This document shows positions 21,703-30,056 of a stretch of DNA of 64,000 bases, in pieces. Numbering within the stretch: the first letter of the stretch is position 1; every line of letters begins with the position of its first letter. Below the pieces are notes generated by a model. It ran no database searches. It was not told where the DNA came from and was given only the letters and a program-made list of their open reading frames with translations. The translations under genes were made by a program, and so were the position numbers. Source of the DNA: an uncultured Desulfobulbaceae bacterium. GTDB lineage: Bacteria; Desulfobacterota; Desulfobulbia; Desulfobulbales; Desulfocapsaceae. Location of the stretch: the NCBI GenBank assembly GCA_947311315.1, contig CAMZKN010000065.1, positions 2,648 to 66,647 of the forward strand, written 5' to 3'.

Positions 21703-23250
21703 TTAAAGTGGAAGGTTTCCATGTTTTTTGGCGGGTCGTTTTTCGCGTTTTCCCTTGAGCATCATAAAGGCATCAATGATTCTTTGGCGACTCGTCTGCG
21801 GCTCGATAACGTCGTCGACAAAACCACGTTCGGCAGCTTTGTAAGGTGTTGCAAATTCAGCAGCGTATTCGTTGATAATTTTTTGTTTGGTAGCTGCTTT
21901 ATCTTCGGCTTTGGCGATATCATTTTTGAAAATAATGTTAACCGCTCCCTCTGATCCCATGACGGCAACTTCTGCAGTCGGCCAGGCAAAAACCATGTCG
22001 GCACCTAAAGATTTTGAGCACATGGCAACATAGGCACCACCGTATGCCTTGCGGGTGATAAGGGTTACTTTCGGGACAGTGGCTTCACTGTAAGCATAAA
22101 GGATTTTTGCCCCGTGCCTGATGATGCCATTATATTCCTGGTTTGTGCCAGGGAGAAATCCAGGAACATCGACAAGGGTGAGAAGTGGGATGTTGAAAGC
22201 GTCACAGGTTCTGATAAATCGTGCAGCTTTGTCCCCGGCATTCATATCAAGACACCCGGCCATAACATTTGGTTGATTGGCGACTATACCAACTGATTTA
22301 CTGTTTATTCGTGCATAGCCGGTAATAAGATTTGTGGCAAAATATGGCAGATATTGCAGGAAATAACCATCGTCGACCAGGGGAACAATGACGTCGAGGA
22401 TGTCGTATGGTTTGTTCGGGTTGTCTGGGATTATGTCGTTGAGTTCAGAAATCTGTCTGTTTGGGTCGTCAGTACAGGGGGTGTCCGGTGCAGTTTCCAT
22501 GCTGTTTGAAGGTAGAAACTGCAATAATTCTCTAATGCTGGCCAGACAGTGCAGTTCTGATTCTGCAAGAAAATGAACATTGCCACTGACGCTGTTGTGG
22601 GTCATTGCTCCACCAAGATCTTCAGCGGAGACGATTTCACCGGTTACTGTTTTAATGACCTGTGGGCCGGTGATGAACATCTGTGATGTCTTGTCGACCA
22701 TTATAATGAAATCAGTTAAAGCAGGGGAATAAACAGCTCCGCCGGCGCAAGGACCCATAATTGCAGAGATCTGTGGGATAACGCCGGAATAGATAGAATT
22801 TCTGAAAAAGATATCTCCAAAACCGTTTAGAGCGTCGACGGCCTCTTGGATTCTTGCACCTCCAGAGTCGTTGAGGCCAACCATTGGGGCCCCGATTTTG
22901 GCAGCGGCATCCATTGCTTTGACGATTTTTCTGGAGTGCATTTCACCCAACGCTCCACCGGTAATGGTGAAATCCTGAGAATATGCGTAAACGATTCGCC
23001 CCTCAATCCGCCCGTAACCTGTGACCACAGATTCACCTTCGACATCAAGGTTTTCCAGGCCAAATCGGTTGCACCTGTTTTTAATAAAGGCATCTGTCTC
23101 GATGAATGTTCCTTCGTCAAAAAGATGGTGAAGGCGTTCCCTTGCCGTCATTTTCCCTTTTGCGTGTTGTTTTTTTATTCTGTCCTGGCCACCTCCAAGA
23201 GCAAGTTTTTCCTTTTTCTTAATTAAAAGATCTTTTTTATCCAAAGACAT
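21703..23250 (-). CDS. mmdA: Methylmalonyl-CoA decarboxylase alpha (carboxyltransferase) subunit
   Basis: [42 protein letters not shown]. Start ATG 23250 after AAGGAG. Followed by the delta, gamma and beta subunits. Confidence 0.9.
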   Translation of the reverse strand: MSLDKKDLLIKKKEKLALGGGQDRIKKQHAKGKMTARERLHHLFDEGTFIETDAFIKNRCNRFGLENLDVEGESVVTGYGRIEGRIVYAYSQDFTITGGALGEMHSRKIVKAMDAAAKIGAPMVGLNDSGGARIQEAVDALNGFGDIFFRNSIYSGVIPQISAIMGPCAGGAVYSPALTDFIIMVDKTSQMFITGPQVIKTVTGEIVSAEDLGGAMTHNSVSGNVHFLAESELHCLASIRELLQFLPSNSMETAPDTPCTDDPNRQISELNDIIPDNPNKPYDILDVIVPLVDDGYFLQYLPYFATNLITGYARINSKSVGIVANQPNVMAGCLDMNAGDKAARFIRTCDAFNIPLLTLVDVPGFLPGTNQEYNGIIRHGAKILYAYSEATVPKVTLITRKAYGGAYVAMCSKSLGADMVFAWPTAEVAVMGSEGAVNIIFKNDIAKAEDKAATKQKIINEYAAEFATPYKAAERGFVDDVIEPQTSRQRIIDAFMMLKGKREKRPAKKHGNLPL

Positions 23251-23332
23251 GTATTCTGCTCCTTGATAAATGTTTATCAGTATTACGGCGGACATATTCA
23301 GCCGCGCTTTTTAAATTACCGATCGAGGTATT

Positions 23333-23941
23333 TTACTGGTCGATATATTGAAGAGTTGTGGGGTTGACCATTCCCTGCCATACCATCTCAAAAAGACCAT
23401 TTGCCTCTTTTGCCAGATGTTCCTGCTTGCCACGAATTATCCACATAAAAAATGTACGCTGAATAAATCCAAGCATAAAATCAAGCAGAGATCCGGCCCG
23501 CATATGAGGATTGATTACCCCCTGTTGCTGTCCGGTTTTGAGTACATCTATGATGAGGTTGACCCGTCTTCGCTGGTCAAAACTTTCATCTGCCATCCAG
23601 GTTTTCATAGGCAGGGTCATAAAAAGAATCCTGCCTAATGCTTCGTTTTTTTCATAATAATCGAGATGGAGCCAGAAAACTTTTCTGAGTTTTTCCTTTA
23701 AGTCTTCTATTCCTTTCAGGTGGTCTTCGATGCGATCGGTTAGTTCGCTCATCCATATATTGACAAAGGCAAAAAGTAATCGTTCCTTGCTGCCATAATG
23801 TTTGTAAATGGTTGTGAAACTAACGCTTGCACGTTCAGCTACATTGCGGATACTTGCTTTGTGAAAATCGGAGGTGGAGAAGATTTCCAGTACCGCTTTT
23901 TCAAGTCGTTGTCTGACTTCGGGGTTAAGTTCGTCTAGCAT
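23333..23941 (-). CDS. TetR/AcrR family regulator (paralog 2)
   Basis: FHKASIRNVAERASVSFTTIYKHYGSKERL; paralog of 18686-19318. Confidence 0.93.
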   Translation of the reverse strand: MLDELNPEVRQRLEKAVLEIFSTSDFHKASIRNVAERASVSFTTIYKHYGSKERLLFAFVNIWMSELTDRIEDHLKGIEDLKEKLRKVFWLHLDYYEKNEALGRILFMTLPMKTWMADESFDQRRRVNLIIDVLKTGQQQGVINPHMRAGSLLDFMLGFIQRTFFMWIIRGKQEHLAKEANGLFEMVWQGMVNPTTLQYIDQ

Positions 23942-24016
23942 TGTTCGTTTGATTTGATGAGAGATCTGAGTGGCATAGCATCAACATAGCGTGTAGCGTT
24001 GAATATGTTATTGTTT

Positions 24017-24029
24017 GTAACAATGTGAA
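24017..24029. promoter_or_regulatory. Candidate TetR operator GTAACAATGTGAA
   Basis: Match to the palindrome upstream of TetR-2/mmdA. Confidence 0.55.
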
Positions 24030-24075
24030 AAAATAGAACTAAGTAGTGGACAAGGAAAAACTTGGCAAGGCAAGC

Positions 24076-24088
24076 GTAACATTGTTAC
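24076..24088. promoter_or_regulatory. Candidate TetR operator, perfect palindrome GTAACATTGTTAC
   Basis: Perfect 6-1-6 inverted repeat upstream of TetR-2/mmdA. Confidence 0.7.
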
Positions 24089-24339
24089 TGTCCATTTACC
24101 GTGAAAATGATTTCTTTGTCAAGGGAAATAATAATCATTTGTCCAGGCGGTGATTACCGATAATCTGGTGCAGGCGCGATTTAGGGCGATAAGAGAGTGA
24201 CTTTTTGCGTTTTAAATGTAGTGAGGAGATTTTGTTTTAAGAAAAGATGTTGAAAATTGTGTTTTAAAAATGCTAGGCTGTATTTCTTGCATGAAATGTA
24301 TCTGACAATTTTCAAGGCAGTCTCAAGGAGAACTTTATT

Positions 24340-25205
24340 GTGAGTAACATTCCTTTTACCCTTGGTGATATTGAAATATACTGGTTGGGAGGCGGTGACT
24401 TCAGGCTTGATGGTGGTGCTATGTTTGGGGCAGTATCAAAGGCGTTATGGAAAAAGGTATACCCTGCAGATAGTGAGAATACTATACCTCTTTGTAATGA
24501 TCCTCTTTTGCTGAAAAGCAAAGAAGATCTTATCGTTATCGATACCGGTCTTGGCAATAAACTCAGCAAAAAACTGCAGAATATTTACAAGGTGGGCAGA
24601 CAATGGAATCTGCCTGCCTTGAATCCCTTGGCTATTGCAGAGAAGATGTGACGCAGGTTATCCTTACTCATTGTGATTTTGACCATGCTGGAGGAATTGA
24701 GATGTTTGAGGAAAACGGCACTACAGGCTTGACTTTTCCGGCGGCAACCCATTTCATACAGGAAAAAGAATGGCAGGATGTGGAGAAACCACATCGACGT
24801 GCGGAATCAACGTATTTTTCTGAAAATTTTGCGCTTTTGCGTAAAAAAGGTAAACTGGAACTGATAAATGGTAACAAAGAGGTTAGTTCTGGGGTGATGT
24901 TGTTCTATACCGGCGGGCATACAAGAGGGCATCAAATAGTGGAAATTCGTTCGAAAGGTAGTACTGGCGTACACCTTGGTGATCTGCTACCTACCCACGT
25001 ACACAATCATCCGTTGTGGACAATGTCCTACGATAATTTTCCGTTGGAGGTCATTGATCGTAAAAGTGAATTGCTTAAAAAATATACAGATATGGAGAGT
25101 TGGTTTCTTCTCTATCATGATCCTTTTGTCAGGGCGTGTCGTTTCGCCAGGGATTTTAAGGTAAAAGAGAAGTGGCAGGCAGGAAGATTGAAGAGTTTTA
25201 TTTAA
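24340..25205 (+). pseudogene. MBL-fold metallo-hydrolase (YtnP-like), frameshifted
   Basis: N-half (GDFRLDGGAMFGAV, VIDTGLG) in one frame and C-half (THCDFDHAGG, GGHTRGHQ, GDLLPT, YHDP) in another. Junction near 24611-24618 (TGCCTGCC). May be a sequencing error. Confidence 0.85.
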
Positions 25206-25264
25206 GGAGCGTTAAAAGAAGAAAAGGGAAAGGCAATTTTAAACCGAGAAACAGGGAATGGCAT

Positions 25265-26218
25265 ATGAAAAAAACAGGTTTAGTTTATGATGACAGATAC
25301 CTGATGCACGTTACTGGAGGGTATCATCCAGAGTCTCCTGAGAGATTGAAAGCAATTCATAAAAGGCTTTCTGAGTCCGGGTTAATCGAGAAACTGATTC
25401 CGATTGAGGCTGAGAAAGCTAATCAGAGATGGATTGAAACTGTTCATAATATCCATTATATAATGCAATTTGAAGAAGCATGTATTTCTGGATTTCCCGA
25501 ATTTGAACATCCGGATAATGCTATCTGCAGGGACACATATGCGATTGCATTTCTTGCCGTTGGTGGTGTGTTAAAAGCAATCGATGCCGTTATGAATGGT
25601 GATGTGGATAACGCGTTTTGTGCCGTTCGCCCACCTGGCCACCATGCAGAAGTGGATAAGCCCATGGGGTTCTGTTATTTCAACAATGTTGCTATTGGTG
25701 CCAGATATCTTCAGGAACAATATGGAATAGAGCGGGTTGGAATCATCGATTTTGATGTACATCATGGCAATGGAACGCAACATATTTTTGACAAGGATCC
25801 GTCAGTTTTTTACTACTCGATACATGAACACCCGTCATTTGCTTATCCAGGGACTGGAAGGGAATTTGAGGTCGGCGTTGCCGATGGGAATGGGTATACA
25901 GTAAACTCACCTGTTCTTCCAGGAAAAGGGGATGATGAGTACAGAAAAATGATTATGCAGGATCTGGTACCGGCTTTTAAAAAATTTGATCCTGAATTTA
26001 TTTTATTGTCAGCAGGTTTTGATGCTCACATAGACGACCTGATGTCTGGCACCAATCTTACAACCGACGGATATGATTTTGTGTCTGAGGTTATAATGAA
26101 TCTGGTGAACAGATGTTCAAAAGGACGAGTAGTTTCTGTACTGGAAGGCGGCTATAACCTTGATGTACTTCCATTACTTGTAGAAAATCATATTAAGATT
26201 ATGGCAGGTATGCGCTAA
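25265..26218 (+). CDS. Zn-dependent histone deacetylase-like protein (AcuC/amidohydrolase family)
   Basis: HPESPERL, RPPGHHA, GFCYFNNVA, DFDVHHGNGTQ, SAGFDAH, VLEGGY. Start at ATG 25265. Confidence 0.93.
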   Translation: MKKTGLVYDDRYLMHVTGGYHPESPERLKAIHKRLSESGLIEKLIPIEAEKANQRWIETVHNIHYIMQFEEACISGFPEFEHPDNAICRDTYAIAFLAVGGVLKAIDAVMNGDVDNAFCAVRPPGHHAEVDKPMGFCYFNNVAIGARYLQEQYGIERVGIIDFDVHHGNGTQHIFDKDPSVFYYSIHEHPSFAYPGTGREFEVGVADGNGYTVNSPVLPGKGDDEYRKMIMQDLVPAFKKFDPEFILLSAGFDAHIDDLMSGTNLTTDGYDFVSEVIMNLVNRCSKGRVVSVLEGGYNLDVLPLLVENHIKIMAGMR

Positions 26219-26268
26219 TTATTTTTTTGGTATTTTTTAATAGTTTAAGATGAATTTTTGGAGGAGCC

Positions 26269-26949
26269 ATGTTTGTAAGTGAAAGGATGTCGACGGATCT
26301 GATTACAGTCGAGCCGGATATAACGATTTTCGAGGCAAAGTCTCTTATGACCGATAAAAATATTCGTCATTTGCCGGTAGTTGACTCGCAGGGTAAACTG
26401 ATAGGTATTGTTACTGACAGGGATATGCGTGACGCAATGCCTTCGACTTTATTGAAAAAAGTGGATTATGAGATAACACTGGGCAAGATTATGAATTATC
26501 CAATCAGTGATATCATGACCAAAGATCCCATGACGATTTACGCCTATTTTACTCTGCAGGACACCCTGTTGGTTATGCAGCAGAAAAAAGTGGGAGCTTT
26601 GCCGGTAATTGATGACCAAGGTTACCTCAAAGGTATTTTGTCGACTCGTGATCTACTTTCTGCCTTTGTTAATGTTATGAATATCGATGAACCCGGTAGC
26701 TTGTTGTGTATAATTGCAAAGGCTCAGACCGGAGAAATGAAAAAAATTGTTGATATTATTACTGAAGAAAATATATCTCTTGGATCCATGCTTGTGGCAA
26801 GATTTTGGGATAAGGAAAAGCGTGCAATTTTCCCCTATTTGCTGACTAATAATGTTATTTCGGTGAAACGGAAATTGTTGGATAAAGGATTTGAATTGAT
26901 TGATCCCATGAAATGGTATCTTGATCAGGTACCTCAAAAAAGCGATTGA
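26269..26949 (+). CDS. CBS-pair + ACT domain protein (AcuB-like)
   Basis: MFVSERMS, IRHLPVVD, GIVTDRD, VGALPVID, C-terminal ACT-like domain; directly after the deacetylase. Confidence 0.85.
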   Translation: MFVSERMSTDLITVEPDITIFEAKSLMTDKNIRHLPVVDSQGKLIGIVTDRDMRDAMPSTLLKKVDYEITLGKIMNYPISDIMTKDPMTIYAYFTLQDTLLVMQQKKVGALPVIDDQGYLKGILSTRDLLSAFVNVMNIDEPGSLLCIIAKAQTGEMKKIVDIITEENISLGSMLVARFWDKEKRAIFPYLLTNNVISVKRKLLDKGFELIDPMKWYLDQVPQKSD

Positions 26950-26998
26950 AAAATAGGACGATCAATGGAAATGGTGATGCTCATTTCAGGGGTTTATT

Positions 26999-27878
26999 TT
27001 GGATATTGTGATAAAAAGATTCATATTTTTACTGTTTATTCTCGTAGTTGGAGGAATGTGGTTTTTTGTTGGAAATATAGAGGCCCAGGCACAAAAAATA
27101 GGCTCTGAAAATGCGGCATACTGGCACAAAAAACTCAAAGAAAATGGAGATGCCGAATCTCTGGTTCAATTGGGTTGGGTCTATTATCGTGGAGATGGAG
27201 TTCTTTCAGATAAGGTCAAGTCGTATAGTTATTTTATCAGGGCAGCTCGAAAAGGTAATGTGGAAGCACAGAAAAAGATTTCCAATATGTATTACCTTGG
27301 TGAGGGCGTTGGCAAGAATGAGAAAAAGGCTTTGTACTGGGCAGAAAAAGCAGCACTCCTGGGAGATGCGGATGCCCAGTATAATCTTGGTCTGATGTAT
27401 GATAATGGAACAGGAACAGAAAAGTCAGCAGCACTTGCGGCTAAGTGGTATGAAAAAGCATCAAAGCAGGGCCATGTCCTTGCGCAAAATACTCTTGCGT
27501 GGAAATACAGTAAAGGGGATTGGTGTCAAAGAAGATAGTGTTAAGGCAGCATTCTGGTATGCAAAATCTGCGGAAAATGGTGATCCTTTCGGCCAGTATA
27601 ACCTGGGCCGGGTTCTCTTGAAAGGTGACGGTGTTGAACAGGATGAACAGCAGGCTTTTTCCTGGTGGGAAAAATCAGCACTGCAGGGGATTGTGCTGGC
27701 GGAAAGTCGCCTTGGCTTTTGTTACGTCAAGGGGGTGGGCGTGGAGCCTGACCTTTCCCAGGCTGTCTATTGGTGGTCTAAAGCTTCGGAAGGTGGTAGC
27801 GCCATAGCCAAAAGGAACCTGGAATTGCTTTGCCAACAAAATGCAAAACTCTGTGTGCCCCCACCTGCCGTACCTTGA
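26999..27878 (+). pseudogene. Sel1-like repeat protein, frameshifted
   Basis: Sel1 repeats (AQYNLGLMYDNGTGT..., GQYNLGRVLLKGDGV...) in two frames. Removing one G from GGGG at 27515-27518 gives AWKYSKG-IGVKEDSVKAAFWY. Confidence 0.85.
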
Positions 27879-28055
27879 TTGTTACATAGTGTCTGAACGA
27901 AAACCTGCAAATTTTTTCAAGTTCAAGGCGGGTGATAATTTTAACCGCAGGAATACATTAGGTATTTTGAGGATTAAAATTTGAGCCCAACGAAGAAATT
28001 GGGAAAATTGGTGGTTTTCGGTCGGGCACTACATAGAAAAGTGTGCTCTGAACAG

Positions 28056-28541
28056 TTAATTTTTATGTTTGGCCATCTCTTCAGGACTCATTGTCCAGAA
28101 TGGAGTACCATCTTTTGTCAGGCGCACTTTAAATTCAAAATTTTCCCCCTGTTGAACTTTTGCGGCAATAAAAATGTCTTCATCGTTTATAAGTGCCCAG
28201 GAACCTTTGACTGTTGTTTTGATACCTTTGCGAATGCCAGTCTCCTTTGGTGTTGCAAAAGCTGTTGGGCAAAGATGAATGAGGAATTTTTCTCCACCGT
28301 CATCAAAAATGAAAGCTGTGCCCGAGGCCATTCCTGGCAGAGGGGTAACTTTTTTAAATTTTAATATCTTACCCTTAATTTTATCTCTTTCTTTATAGTT
28401 ATAAAATTGATTATAGGGTGAGCCTATCTCCCAGCCGGTCATCCCATCTGTATCTGCTGCCTGGGCAGAAGAACAGAGGCAAACGGTAGTGAGAAAAATG
28501 GTAATTATCAGGAATTGTAAACTGGTTTGTCTTGTGTGCAT
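28056..28541 (-). CDS. Exported hypothetical protein, probable OB-fold-like beta barrel
   Basis: Signal peptide ending SAQA; GKILKFKKVTPLPGM..IHLCP..VKGS..IAAKV..GTPFW pattern. Confidence 0.6.
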   Translation of the reverse strand: MHTRQTSLQFLIITIFLTTVCLCSSAQAADTDGMTGWEIGSPYNQFYNYKERDKIKGKILKFKKVTPLPGMASGTAFIFDDGGEKFLIHLCPTAFATPKETGIRKGIKTTVKGSWALINDEDIFIAAKVQQGENFEFKVRLTKDGTPFWTMSPEEMAKHKN

Positions 28542-28555
28542 GATCCCTCCGTTCC

Positions 28556-29695
28556 CTATTGTCTTAAAAATTCTTTCCTGAAAAAGTCATCCAGGAAGCT
28601 TTTTCTCCATCCTTCTGTTTGCCGCAACTGCCGGGGCGTATCATCGTTTCGAAGGCTGAGTGTTCTGGTAAGCATTTTCAGCTCAGATGCATTTCCGACG
28701 AGGGCAGGATCGATTCCCAGCATCTCACTTTTTAAGGAGATGAGGTTTTTAAGCTTTTTCAACGTTGTTTTTTCATCATTGTTCAGTTTTGTTGTCTGTT
28801 GAAGTGCAGGGTAGCTCGTCTCTTTCTGGTCGAGCGTTGTTGTAATGATAGCGCACACGGTTGTGCCGTATCTGGCGACCGCCTTTTCAGAAAGGCCACA
28901 TTTGGGACGCAGGTTTTCTGTGGATTGTACCTTTTGTTTTGCTATTTCCACGAGTAAACCGTCCTTAATGATATGCCCCCGAGGACGATCGAGTTTGCGA
29001 GCCATTCCTTCTCTCCAGGTAGTCAGGTTTTTGAGCACCGCCAGACTTTGCCTGCCGAGTGTTCCGCAGCCTTTTATTTTCAGATATCGTTCATTATCTG
29101 CAGGGCCGGAATATGTGGCAGGATTATTGAGCAGGTTCAATTCCTCCTGAAGCCAGGATTTGATCTTTGGGCCGATTATTCTGCTGAGCAGGATGACTCG
29201 TATGGCTCTCAGATAACGAACATCATCGAGGCCATATCTGATCTGGTCTTTACTCAGAGGTCGTTGTAGCCAGTTGGTACGGGTTTCTGTTTTTGACAGT
29301 TCAATATCAAGAAGTTCCTTGATCAGGTTGGCAAGAGAGAGAATTGCAGGTAGGTTTGAAAAACCTGCGGCAAGCCTGGTGTCGAAAATATTCTGTGGCG
29401 TAGCACCCGTTGCCCTTCGCAGGATAGCAAGATCCTGCGGAGCGTCATGGAGTATTTTGACGACGCTGCGATCGTAGAGCAGCTGGCCTAGAGGTGTTAA
29501 ATCCTTAATGGCTCCAGGATCGATTAAATAGCACTCTTCGTCGGAAAGAGCTATCTGAATAAGACCGAGCCTGGGGTAGTATGTACGCTCCCAGACAAAT
29601 TCAGTGTCAAGAGCCACAGCGTCGGTTTTTCTGGCTGATCGAATAAGAGTTACCAGATCCTGTGTGTTTTCTATAAGAGTATTCAGTTTGTCCAT
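28556..29695 (-). CDS. rnd: Ribonuclease D
   Basis: VALDTEFVWERTYYPRLGLIQIA, KILHDAPQD, FDTRLA, TNWLQRPL, YGLDDV; HRDC-like WREGMARKLDRPRGHI. Confidence 0.94.
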   Translation of the reverse strand: MDKLNTLIENTQDLVTLIRSARKTDAVALDTEFVWERTYYPRLGLIQIALSDEECYLIDPGAIKDLTPLGQLLYDRSVVKILHDAPQDLAILRRATGATPQNIFDTRLAAGFSNLPAILSLANLIKELLDIELSKTETRTNWLQRPLSKDQIRYGLDDVRYLRAIRVILLSRIIGPKIKSWLQEELNLLNNPATYSGPADNERYLKIKGCGTLGRQSLAVLKNLTTWREGMARKLDRPRGHIIKDGLLVEIAKQKVQSTENLRPKCGLSEKAVARYGTTVCAIITTTLDQKETSYPALQQTTKLNNDEKTTLKKLKNLISLKSEMLGIDPALVGNASELKMLTRTLSLRNDDTPRQLRQTEGWRKSFLDDFFRKEFLRQ

Positions 29696-29716
29696 TCTGT
29701 TCGCGGATAGTTAATA

Positions 29717-29832
29717 TTTAGTGCCTTACTCCATAATTACTGCTAAAAAAACAAGAAAATGAAGAAGGGTATTTAACTACAAAAATTAATAGATACCTCC
29801 AAGGCACTTACTTGCAGCTTGTCTGCGTTAGG
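29717..29832 (-). repeat. Dispersed intergenic repeat, copy B
   Basis: Reverse complement nearly identical to copy A (8614-8727). Confidence 0.92.
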
Positions 29833-30056
29833 TAAATTCTTTGTATGGTATTAGTGCAATACAACTGGAAAGCAACCATAAAAAACAAGAAACTGAAAGG
29901 TGTTTTTTGAAATTATGTGGTAAATCTTAATTCGAAAGTATGCATATTGCCAGACAACCCCCCAAGGGCTACTGGCTGAGTCTCAGTTTATCTGTGTCGT
30001 TTTGTATTACTATCGAGCAAAACAACATTGCACAAAATACTCCTTCTGGAAAGAGA

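Noticed and set aside
24340-27878. Selenocysteine/pyrrolysine readthrough or programmed frameshift explaining the two split genes
   Set aside because: Both breaks change frame rather than being in-frame TGA/TAG, and no canonical slippery heptamer with downstream stimulator was seen.
29940-30056. Upstream extensions of ORF-track calls (e.g. yejB, acuC-like 25172, mlaD 33804, cNMP 34959, PxxKW 49125)
   Set aside because: The extensions overlap neighbouring genes or promoters and lack family similarity; downstream ATGs match family N-termini, several with a clear RBS.
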